Source of the DNA: Paraneptunicella sp.
GTDB taxonomy: Bacteria > Pseudomonadota > Gammaproteobacteria > Enterobacterales > Alteromonadaceae
Length of the DNA: 54,270 nt
NCBI GenBank assembly: GCA_964228975.1
Contig: CAXRCC010000102.1
Span: forward strand, 1-54,270
Direction: 5' to 3'
The translations under genes were made by a program, and so were the position numbers. The notes beneath the pieces were generated by a model. The model was not told the origin of the DNA and ran no database searches. It saw only the letters and a program-made list of their open reading frames with translations. Of this stretch, positions 42,099-50,580 are shown in pieces; positions within the stretch are counted from its first letter, which is position 1, and the number at the start of each line of letters is the position of its first letter.

Positions 42099-45000
42099 TT
42101 AGAAATTGTATTTAACACCCATGCGGATTTCCCACAATGAAGCGTCTGATACGCGAGTTTGGCCAGCTGGCTGGATGAACTCTTCGTATACGTATTGGTT
42201 TTGATCGTTGATGCTACCAGAAACCACTTCCTGCGCACGCGGGAAGCTTGCTTCGTATAGTACACCCCAATCGTCGTTCAATAGGTTACCGAAGTTTTCG
42301 ATAACAAGGAACGCACTACCTTTATGACCTTCGTAGAAGCCTGGGAATTCTTGCTCGATTTTCACGTCGAACTTGTGGAACCAAGAGCTGTTAATGCTGT
42401 TACGTTCCATGATTTGACCACGAGTCAAACCTTCCGCTTCGATGAAGGCATTGAATGCATCAATGTTGAAGTCATCACCGTATACAACGTTTGCGTCATT
42501 CACTTCAGGAATGTACAACAAGTTGTGGTCGATGAAGCCTACAGAACTACCTAAACCACCGTTTAAGTCACCGTCGAATACATAACTGTATGGACGACCT
42601 TCGTTGATAGTACCGAAGATAGAGAACTTAGTTTCGTAACCGTCGAAGAACTCGTGCTTGTAGCTTAAACGAAGCGTGAAGCGGTGAGGGATTTCGTAGT
42701 TAGAAGTCGCTGTACCTGGGTTCTCTGGATCAGATACTGCTGGGCTGATGTAGTTAGAGAACGCTACTGAGCTTGTCATTGGGCTCACGTCGTCTGCTTT
42801 TGTGTAAGCATAAGCGATTGACCAATCAAGACCAAAGTCGTGAGACTTAGTTAATGCAAGTGATGCACTCAAGCTATCACCAGAATCACCTTGAACGTTA
42901 GTCAATAGGAAGTCTTGACGACGACCATTTGAGCTACCGTAGATAGGACGACCGTCAGGCGCTGTACCTACTTGTACGCGAGAGATATCACGGATAATCG
43001 CAGCATCTTGCTTGTCGCTGTACAACAAGTCAGCCATTAGTACGTATTCGTTATCGAACGTGTACGTTGCACCGATTGCGTATTTCCACTCTGAAGGAAT
43101 ATCGAAATCAGGGTCTTGTAAGTTGATACCACCATTACGACCTTGACCATCTGCAACCGCATCAAACAAGTGCTGAGGGATATCGTAAATTGGGCGACCA
43201 CTACCGTTATGAGGAAGTGTGAACAACGTGTCTGTTACGCCATCATCGTCCAACGTACGATCTTGATTTTCAACCTGAATAACACCGTTGTTTGAGTAGT
43301 TGTTAGAAATCCAAACGTTCGGATTACCACCAGAGTACAAGCCAACACCACCACGTACTTCTAGGTTATCGTTAATTACCCAGTTAACACCTAAGCGAGG
43401 CTGTAGTAAGTCGATACCGTCAAGGTTTTGTTGGTTAGAGAAACCGTATAGGTCTTGAACCTGTGGGTTTTCTGGTGGAACGTCATCACTTGTGTACCAG
43501 TCATAACGAAGACCGAAAGTGATCGTCATGTCTTGGTCAATCCAGAAGTATTCGTCTTGGATATATGCCGTGTGAATTTCGTATTCGAATTCAGCAGCCG
43601 CATCAGCAGGGTTGTTTGAACCCGCAGCACTTTCATAAGTGATACGGTTAGGACGACCCGCTTCGAAGTCTTCGATTGAGCTGAAACGGTACTCACCTTC
43701 CGCTTCTTGAACGAATAGGTTAAATACGTCTAGCTTTTCATACTCATAACCACCTGTGATGATGTGGTCATTGTAGATGTAAGTACCCGCGATTTTGATC
43801 GTGTCGTTTGAGTACTTAAGTTTGTTAGCGTGACGAGAGTCATCCGCGCCTAAGTAAACCGTTGCACGAGAGTTTTCACCGTCGCCATCGTGGTCAAAGT
43901 TAGTTGTGATTTGTACTTCACCGAAATCAGTGCCACCAAGTGGTGTAACGAACTGTTCGAAGTCTGACGTACCTAAACGAATTTCAGTTGAGAAATTGTC
44001 CGTCCAGTCAGAGTACAAAGAAACCACATAAGACTCGAACTCACCACGTTGTGTGTAGTAGTGGTTAGAGAATTCATATTCGTTAGAGTCACCATCAGAT
44101 TCACGGATGATGTCACCGTCGTTGTAGTTGTAAACCAAAGAAGCACGGTGTGCATCGTTGATCTGCCAATCCAACTTCGCCATGATTTTTTCGTCTTCTA
44201 CAGGAAGAGAAGTAACGAAATCACCTGGCTCATAGCCGTATAGGTCACGAGCGATTTGCTCGATACGATCTAGCTGTTCTTGAGATACACCTTGTACTTT
44301 AACCGCTGCGTTAGAGTCGCCTGCGCCACGGTCAAACAACGTTGCACCTTCTAGCTTCTCGTAAGAGGTGAAGAAGAATAATTTGTCTTCGATTAGTGCG
44401 CCACCAACGTTGAAGCCGAAACGTCTTTCGTTGAATGCGCCTGTTGCGATGTCTTCGCCTTCAAGCTTGTCGCCACGGAAGTCATCATTTGTGTAATCGA
44501 AGAAAAGTCCGCCGTGTAGTTCATTACCACCAGACTTAGTTACAGCGTTGATGTTACACGCTGTGAAACCACCGTATTGAACATCGAAAGGTGCTAATTC
44601 AACAGCAACCTGATCGATTGAATCATATGAGAAAGGAATACGGATAGTTGGGTAACCACTGCTACCTAGACCGAAGTTATCGTTAGTACGGATACCGTCA
44701 ACAGTTAAGCTGTTGAAACGAGAGTTTGCACCCGCACACTGGATAGAATCACCGAATGCTTCGTCAACATAAATACGCGGGTCGATTTTAACCAAGTCTT
44801 TAATGTCACGGTTAATCGCCGGTGCGTTTTCCAAATCTTCTAAACCGAAGTTAGCAACAGGACCAGAAGCGCCGAAAGTCGAGTTAACAACAGAACCTGT
44901 TACCACGATGCTTTCTACTTGCTCTTGTTCCAAGCCCAAGTTTACACTTTTGGTTTCACCCAAGTTCAAATAGACGTTTTCAATTTTCTTCGTGCCAGCT

Positions 45001-45263
45001 GAGTCAGTCACTTCAACAGTGTATGGACCACCAACACGCATACCACGAACTGAGTATGAACCCGTTTGGTTAGATTCAACGACTTTAACAGCACCTGTAC
45101 GGTTATCAGTAATGGTAACAGTAGCACCAGATACCAATTGACCATTTTCGGTCATTACCGTACCACGAATGCTAGACGCAGTTTCTTGCGCAATCGCAGT
45201 AGAACCCATGCCAACAGACAACGCAACTGCTAGAGCGATGCGGTTGAGATTGGAGTGTTTCAT
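42099..45263 (-). CDS. TonB-dependent outer-membrane receptor, Oar-like, with N-terminal carboxypeptidase-regulatory-like domain
   Basis: Signal peptide, 'SIRGTV...GATVTI...GGPYTV', 'IVVTG', plug 'NSLTVDG...PFDVQYGGFTACNINAVTKSG', C-terminal 'GVKYNF'. Confidence 0.93.
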   Translation of the reverse strand: MKHSNLNRIALAVALSVGMGSTAIAQETASSIRGTVMTENGQLVSGATVTITDNRTGAVKVVESNQTGSYSVRGMRVGGPYTVEVTDSAGTKKIENVYLNLGETKSVNLGLEQEQVESIVVTGSVVNSTFGASGPVANFGLEDLENAPAINRDIKDLVKIDPRIYVDEAFGDSIQCAGANSRFNSLTVDGIRTNDNFGLGSSGYPTIRIPFSYDSIDQVAVELAPFDVQYGGFTACNINAVTKSGGNELHGGLFFDYTNDDFRGDKLEGEDIATGAFNERRFGFNVGGALIEDKLFFFTSYEKLEGATLFDRGAGDSNAAVKVQGVSQEQLDRIEQIARDLYGYEPGDFVTSLPVEDEKIMAKLDWQINDAHRASLVYNYNDGDIIRESDGDSNEYEFSNHYYTQRGEFESYVVSLYSDWTDNFSTEIRLGTSDFEQFVTPLGGTDFGEVQITTNFDHDGDGENSRATVYLGADDSRHANKLKYSNDTIKIAGTYIYNDHIITGGYEYEKLDVFNLFVQEAEGEYRFSSIEDFEAGRPNRITYESAAGSNNPADAAAEFEYEIHTAYIQDEYFWIDQDMTITFGLRYDWYTSDDVPPENPQVQDLYGFSNQQNLDGIDLLQPRLGVNWVINDNLEVRGGVGLYSGGNPNVWISNNYSNNGVIQVENQDRTLDDDGVTDTLFTLPHNGSGRPIYDIPQHLFDAVADGQGRNGGINLQDPDFDIPSEWKYAIGATYTFDNEYVLMADLLYSDKQDAAIIRDISRVQVGTAPDGRPIYGSSNGRRQDFLLTNVQGDSGDSLSASLALTKSHDFGLDWSIAYAYTKADDVSPMTSSVAFSNYISPAVSDPENPGTATSNYEIPHRFTLRLSYKHEFFDGYETKFSIFGTINEGRPYSYVFDGDLNGGLGSSVGFIDHNLLYIPEVNDANVVYGDDFNIDAFNAFIEAEGLTRGQIMERNSINSSWFHKFDVKIEQEFPGFYEGHKGSAFLVIENFGNLLNDDWGVLYEASFPRAQEVVSGSINDQNQYVYEEFIQPAGQTRVSDASLWEIRMGVKYNF

Positions 45264-45637
45264 TGTGTTTTCCTAAGTGTTATTGAGTGTAAAACGAATT
45301 TTCCTGTTTATTCTTCAGTGATTTTAAAAACAGAATATTGCATTCCTATTAATTAATGCTCTCTATTTTGGAGCTTATTAGTTTTCAAGGATTCTGCTAA
45401 TTTTCATTAGAATTATTTTCACTAAAGATGAAATTCTTTTCACCAAATAAGGAAGCATTGACGGTAATCTAATTACACGTTTAAATACCAATTCTTCCCC
45501 TGGTTACAAATCAGCCAATTAGCCAATTTAATGTGCGCATTCTCGTCGATAGAAAAAAAATTGCTAGCACTTATTAATATTCATAATATTTTATCAATAT
45601 ATGTTTAATTTCAACAACTTACCTTTTTCCAGTAATT

Positions 45638-45657
45638 TTACTTATTGCAATAAGTAA
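45638..45657. promoter_or_regulatory. Perfect 20-bp palindrome, candidate operator in the divergent TBDR / sensor intergenic region
   Basis: TTACTTATTGCAATAAGTAA is its own reverse complement. Confidence 0.5.
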
Positions 45658-45706
45658 GGTTAATTGGTGAAATTATACAAATTGGGAACGAACTCCAACA
45701 ATTAAC

Positions 45707-46567
45707 GTGTTAACAAATAGAATGTCAAAGGCATACTGGTACCTCTGTTTTTTACTGTCTGTATTCCTAATTTGGTATACAGCTAAAAACCAAATTAGTG
45801 TAGTCGAAAAACCGCTACCTCGAATTCTCGAGTTCGAAGACGTGTGTCAAACAGAAAACCACTCTAATCCACATTCTTTAGTTTTACTCGCCCCAAATTC
45901 ATATATGGCGAAACGAATTTTACAGCAATTGTGTGATAGTTCTATAGTCAGTAAACAATTCGGGAAAGTTATCGCTTACTGGCAGACCGAAGAGCGTGAT
46001 GTTTTACAATTAATTGGCAAAGGTGTGGTTGACCTTATTCTGATAAAAGAAAACTTTATTAACGCCTTTGGATCCGACACAACTTATGGCTATGAAATGA
46101 TCGCTTCTTATGCCGATTACCAAGCCTATCTCATGTCATCACGAGAAAAGCCCATACTTAGTAAAGAATATATTTTAGGAAAACGCATAGGAATTTTGGA
46201 TTATCCTACCAGCCGTTCCGGTTATATTGCCCCTGTAAGATTACTCAAAGAGCTTGATTTATCGGTTCAACAGGTCGAATTAGTCTACGCAAAATCCCAT
46301 AAAGAATTACGAGAATTATTAAAGGCAGGCAATGTCGATTTGATCTCTTCTTATTGGAAGGAAGAAGATGAAAAACATTTCTCACGCAATTACATTACCC
46401 CGTTAGATAGCGAAATTAGCGGCAGTAAATGGTATTTAAAAATGTTAGAGCGCAATACCAATTTAAAATGTGAAGTGCAGCGAATTCTCGAGCAGCAGTC
46501 CTATTCAGAAGATTATTCTCAGTATTATAAAAATATAAAAATTATCAGCCCGTGTGAGAGTAAATAA
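45707..46567 (+). CDS. PhnD/type-II periplasmic substrate-binding-like protein with N-terminal membrane anchor
   Basis: 'LIGKGVVDLI', 'GKRIGILDYPTSRSGYIAP', 'SHKELRELLKAGNVDLI' resemble PhnD-family motifs. No ABC permease or ATPase is adjacent. Confidence 0.7.
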   Translation: MLTNRMSKAYWYLCFLLSVFLIWYTAKNQISVVEKPLPRILEFEDVCQTENHSNPHSLVLLAPNSYMAKRILQQLCDSSIVSKQFGKVIAYWQTEERDVLQLIGKGVVDLILIKENFINAFGSDTTYGYEMIASYADYQAYLMSSREKPILSKEYILGKRIGILDYPTSRSGYIAPVRLLKELDLSVQQVELVYAKSHKELRELLKAGNVDLISSYWKEEDEKHFSRNYITPLDSEISGSKWYLKMLERNTNLKCEVQRILEQQSYSEDYSQYYKNIKIISPCESK

Positions 46568-47522
46568 CGTGAACACAAATGTATTTAAACAATATTGGGG
46601 ACGTATTAGCGCGGCTTTTTTTGTGTTGCTATCTTTGCTTACGCTCTTGCACTACAACACAACCTTAACTTTTCAAGATTACGCAAGCAGCCGACTCACC
46701 GACGCGACGCTCAATCGAATCGCACTGGATATCCCGGAATTAAAATTAGCCGATCAGCGTTTTAACCAAGCCGTAAACACCAGCAAAGTGGCGCGTTATA
46801 TCGACCAATTGAATGATTATTTAGCAAGAAATAGCCACCCTATTCGCGTTATTGCCATTCAAGACACTCACGTTAAAGCTAACGATATTGCCAAAAGTCA
46901 AATTACCAAAAATTTACTTTTCCCTAGGCAAACTATTTCTATTCGTTTTGCCATTTTACCTATGGAGCAAAACTATCATTTATATACCTTGCCTTTGATA
47001 CTATCGATAATATTAACCTACTTGGCAGTGCCATTTTTAGTGAGTAAACCCACTGAAACCGTTGATATTATCGCTGAACAGGAAGATGAGCCCTGCCGAT
47101 TAGTCGTCGATTTAACAACAAGAACGCTATATTTAAATAAGCAAACCGAACTTTCTGTACCGCTTGCCAATAAACCGTTTTGTTTTTACGTTGCCATGTT
47201 AGATTTTTGCGCAGATGAAAAAGAAGCCGCGCTTTACCACAACAAATCATTACCGGAAGAATTTCTCGCATTAACCAGTAAATATTTCACCCGATTAATG
47301 GATTTAGGGCACACCAAGCGAAAACGCCCTGATTTTAATGCCAATATCGACAAAATGTTGAGTGAAATTAGAAATGCATTAGATGAGATTTTTCAAACAG
47401 AATCAGAAGCTAAGCATAAGTTCTATCCGAAAAAGGCACAGGGTGAAGGGTCTCGGTCCAAGCTTAATAATTTTGCCCTCTCGGGTCTTTCTTGTGACGA
47501 CTTCGAATTAATCGGTAAATAA
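46554..47522 (+). CDS. Two-TM membrane protein with periplasmic domain and putative C-terminal OmpR-like winged-helix domain
   Basis: TM at about aa 17-35 and 143-163; 'LVVDLTTRTLYL...VPLANKPFCFYVAML' and 'NIDKMLSEIRNAL' resemble the Trans_reg_C pattern. Overlaps the upstream gene by 14 nt. Confidence 0.55.
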   Translation: MRVNNVNTNVFKQYWGRISAAFFVLLSLLTLLHYNTTLTFQDYASSRLTDATLNRIALDIPELKLADQRFNQAVNTSKVARYIDQLNDYLARNSHPIRVIAIQDTHVKANDIAKSQITKNLLFPRQTISIRFAILPMEQNYHLYTLPLILSIILTYLAVPFLVSKPTETVDIIAEQEDEPCRLVVDLTTRTLYLNKQTELSVPLANKPFCFYVAMLDFCADEKEAALYHNKSLPEEFLALTSKYFTRLMDLGHTKRKRPDFNANIDKMLSEIRNALDEIFQTESEAKHKFYPKKAQGEGSRSKLNNFALSGLSCDDFELIGK

Positions 47523-47641
47523 TAAAACCCGGCGTCTTGTAATAAAAATGACATTTTATTGCGATCTATGCCATGTGCCGCTAGCATTTTTTAAATTCGC
47601 TGGTAGTCTTGTCGCATTTGAAAATTGGCTAGTTTTTACTA

Positions 47642-48265
47642 ATGATTGAAACGCGTATTATCGCCATCGCAGGTGGCTCTGGGTCAGGCAAGTCCTTATT
47701 TACCAAAACCATTAAAGACGAAATTGCACAATCCGGGGCAGATATTATCGTACTTTGCGAGGATCACTATTATCGTGATCAGTCACACCTTTCCATGGAA
47801 GAGCGCGTCAAAACGAATTATGATCACCCTCAAGCGTTTGAGCATTCATTATTAGTCGATCATTTAAAGAAACTAAAGGCTGGCGAATCTATTGAATGCC
47901 CGCTTTATTCGCATGAACAACACACCCGTTTAGAAGAGAAATTACTAGTACCACCCGCGCCAGTAATCATTGTTGAAGGAATATTACTGCTAGCAGAACC
48001 TGAACTATTGCCGTTGTTTGATGTGAAGGTCTTTATTGATACACCGTTAGATGTGTGCTTGCTACGCCGCATAAAAAGAGATATCCAAGAGCGTAACCGT
48101 GATTTGGACTCCGTCATTATGCAGTATCAAGAAACCGTCAAGCCTATGTATCATAAATTCATCGAGCCAAGCCGCTTCATTGCGGATGTTGTGGTCACCC
48201 AAGGAGGTAAAAACCGCATCGCCTTGGACGTAATCAAATCCCATATCAAACAGATATTAAAATAA
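47642..48265 (+). CDS. udk: Uridine kinase
   Basis: IAGGSGSGKS, EDHYYRDQ, NYDHPQAF, VEGIL, RRIKRDIQER, FIEPS. Confidence 0.96.
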   Translation: MIETRIIAIAGGSGSGKSLFTKTIKDEIAQSGADIIVLCEDHYYRDQSHLSMEERVKTNYDHPQAFEHSLLVDHLKKLKAGESIECPLYSHEQHTRLEEKLLVPPAPVIIVEGILLLAEPELLPLFDVKVFIDTPLDVCLLRRIKRDIQERNRDLDSVIMQYQETVKPMYHKFIEPSRFIADVVVTQGGKNRIALDVIKSHIKQILK

Positions 48266-48280
48266 AAAATAGGATTCAGT

Positions 48281-49489
48281 ATGATTAGCTTGCTGGGAAT
48301 CGTGGCTTTGCTGGCTATTGCTTATGCGTTGTCTTACAACCGAAAAGCAATAAATTGGAGAACGGTAATTGGAGCGTTTGCAATCCAAGCCGCAGTTGGT
48401 TTGTTAGTATTGTATTTTCCGCCTGGAAAACAATTCCTTTTACTGGTTGCTGGCGGCGTACGCAGTGTTATCGATTATAGCCAAACAGGTATCGACTTCA
48501 TGTTTGGCAAACTCGGCGGCGATTCCTTAGGCTTTATCTTCGCGTTTAAAGTGCTTCCCGTCATTATTTTCTTCTCTGCGCTCATCAGCGTGCTTTACCA
48601 CATCGGCATCATGTCATGGGTGATCCGTGGTATCGGTGGCTTCCTACAGCGTATTTTGCAAACGAGCCGCCCAGAATCCATGAATGCCGCTGCCAATATC
48701 TTTGTTGGACAAACAGAAGCCCCACTCGTGGTAAAACCTTTTATTAATACAATGACCCGTTCAGAGCTATTTGCGCTTATGGTCGGCGGTATGGCCTCTA
48801 TTGCGGGTTCTGTTATGGCGGGTTACGCAGGCCTCGGCGTAGACATCAAATACCTTGTTGCCGCTTCTTTTATGGCAGCTCCCGGTGGCTTGTTAATGGC
48901 TAAAATTGTCATGCCTGAAACCGAAAAAGCCAAAAACGATGTTGATGAGCTTGAACAAGAAGTTGAAGCCAGCGCAAACGTATTTGAAGCAGCAGCAGAA
49001 GGCGCAGCAGGTGGTTTGAAAATTGCCGCCAATGTCGGTGCCATGCTAATGGCTTTCATCGCACTGATTGCAATGCTTAACGGCTTAATTGGTTATGTAG
49101 GTGGACTATTTGGTCAACCGGATTTAACATTCCAAGTCATTCTTGGGTTTATCTTCCAGCCGCTAGCTTGGCTTTTGGGCGTACCTTGGAATGAAGCGAA
49201 TTTGGCTGGTAGCTTTATTGGTCAAAAACTCGTAGTAAATGAATTCGTTGCTTATCTTGACTTCGTCAGTCACAAGGAACAGCTAAGCGACATTAGCCAA
49301 GCCGTCATTACCTTTGCGTTGTGTGGTTTTGCTAACTTTTCCTCAATCGCCATCCTCATGGGTGGTATCGGAGCAATGGCTCCAAGTCGTCGTAGCGATA
49401 TCGCGAAATTGGGTTTACGGGCAGTGATTACTGCAAGTTTTGCTAATCTGATGAGTGCAGCTATGGCAGGCTTTTTCTTAAGCCTATAA
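48281..49489 (+). CDS. nupC: CNT-family nucleoside transporter (NupC/NupX type)
   Basis: [45 protein letters not shown]. Confidence 0.94.
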   Translation: MISLLGIVALLAIAYALSYNRKAINWRTVIGAFAIQAAVGLLVLYFPPGKQFLLLVAGGVRSVIDYSQTGIDFMFGKLGGDSLGFIFAFKVLPVIIFFSALISVLYHIGIMSWVIRGIGGFLQRILQTSRPESMNAAANIFVGQTEAPLVVKPFINTMTRSELFALMVGGMASIAGSVMAGYAGLGVDIKYLVAASFMAAPGGLLMAKIVMPETEKAKNDVDELEQEVEASANVFEAAAEGAAGGLKIAANVGAMLMAFIALIAMLNGLIGYVGGLFGQPDLTFQVILGFIFQPLAWLLGVPWNEANLAGSFIGQKLVVNEFVAYLDFVSHKEQLSDISQAVITFALCGFANFSSIAILMGGIGAMAPSRRSDIAKLGLRAVITASFANLMSAAMAGFFLSL

Positions 49490-49599
49490 GGGATAAACTC
49501 ATAAATCACTCGCTATTCGAGTGATTTATGATTGAGATCAATTCGACGGTGCTAACGCCTGTTAACATCGTCGCACTGTTACTTTATCAGAGGTAAATC

Positions 49600-50439
49600 A
49601 TGAAACTTGTTGCCGTAGATTATCAAGCGGAAAACGCTGCTCAGCTGTTTGTTGAGTCTTTAAAAGAAACTGGTTTTGGCGTGCTTAAAAACCACCCAAT
49701 CAAGCAAGAGCTTGTTTCTAATATCTATTCAAATTGGCAAAAGTTCTTTGATTCAGAAGCCAAGCATGACTTCATGTTCGACAAAGAAAAGCAAGATGGC
49801 TATTTCCCACCAGACATCTCAGAAGTCGCAAAAGGCTTTAAAACAAAAGATATCAAAGAATACTTCCACTATTACCCTTGGGGTCGTTGCCCTGCAGAGT
49901 TAAAAGAAGAAATTTCAACCTACTACAGCGAAGCCATGTCACTGGCTGCTGAGTTATTAGGCTGGGTTGAAAATTACAGCCCTGAAGCCACGTCTAACAA
50001 TTTCAGCCAGCCGCTTTCAAGCATGATTGATGGCAGTGACTTAACCTTATTACGCGTACTGCACTACCCACCTTTACAAGGTGATGAAGAGCCAGATGCA
50101 ATTCGTGCCGCAGCGCATGAAGACATTAACCTGCTAACTATTTTACCAGCAGCAAATGAGCCCGGCCTTCAAGTAAAAGGCAAAGACGGAAATTGGTTAG
50201 ACGTACCTTGCGATTTTGGTAACTTGATCGTTAACATTGGTGACATGCTTCAAGAAGCATCAGGTCATTACTTCCCATCCACAACGCACCAAGTGATTAA
50301 TCCTGAAGGACAAGATCAAACAAAGTCGCGTATTTCATTACCGCTTTTCTTGCATCCGAAGCCAGAAGTCAAACTATCAGAGCGTTACACAGCGGATAGC
50401 TACCTCAAAGAGCGTTTGAAAGAATTAGGCGTACTGTAA
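49600..50439 (+). CDS. 2OG-Fe(II) oxygenase, isopenicillin N synthase/DIOX-like family
   Basis: LRVLHYPP, AHEDIN (HxD), NIGDML, STTH (distal His), SRISLPLF (RxS). Confidence 0.93.
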   Translation: MKLVAVDYQAENAAQLFVESLKETGFGVLKNHPIKQELVSNIYSNWQKFFDSEAKHDFMFDKEKQDGYFPPDISEVAKGFKTKDIKEYFHYYPWGRCPAELKEEISTYYSEAMSLAAELLGWVENYSPEATSNNFSQPLSSMIDGSDLTLLRVLHYPPLQGDEEPDAIRAAAHEDINLLTILPAANEPGLQVKGKDGNWLDVPCDFGNLIVNIGDMLQEASGHYFPSTTHQVINPEGQDQTKSRISLPLFLHPKPEVKLSERYTADSYLKERLKELGVL

Positions 50440-50464
50440 GCTGATAAAGCACTTGTCGCTTTAC

Positions 50465-50493
50465 AAAAGAAGGGCCCGATAGGGTCCTTTTTT
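50465..50493 (+). terminator. Intrinsic terminator after the oxygenase gene
   Basis: AAGGGCCC-GATA-GGGTCCTT followed by TTTT. Confidence 0.75.
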
Positions 50494-50580
50494 ATGTCTA
50501 AAAAGTGTCATTTAAACGTGACTCCATACTCCCCTTTGGGCTACCCTAACGCCCTCGCAAAAAGTAATTACTATCTAACA

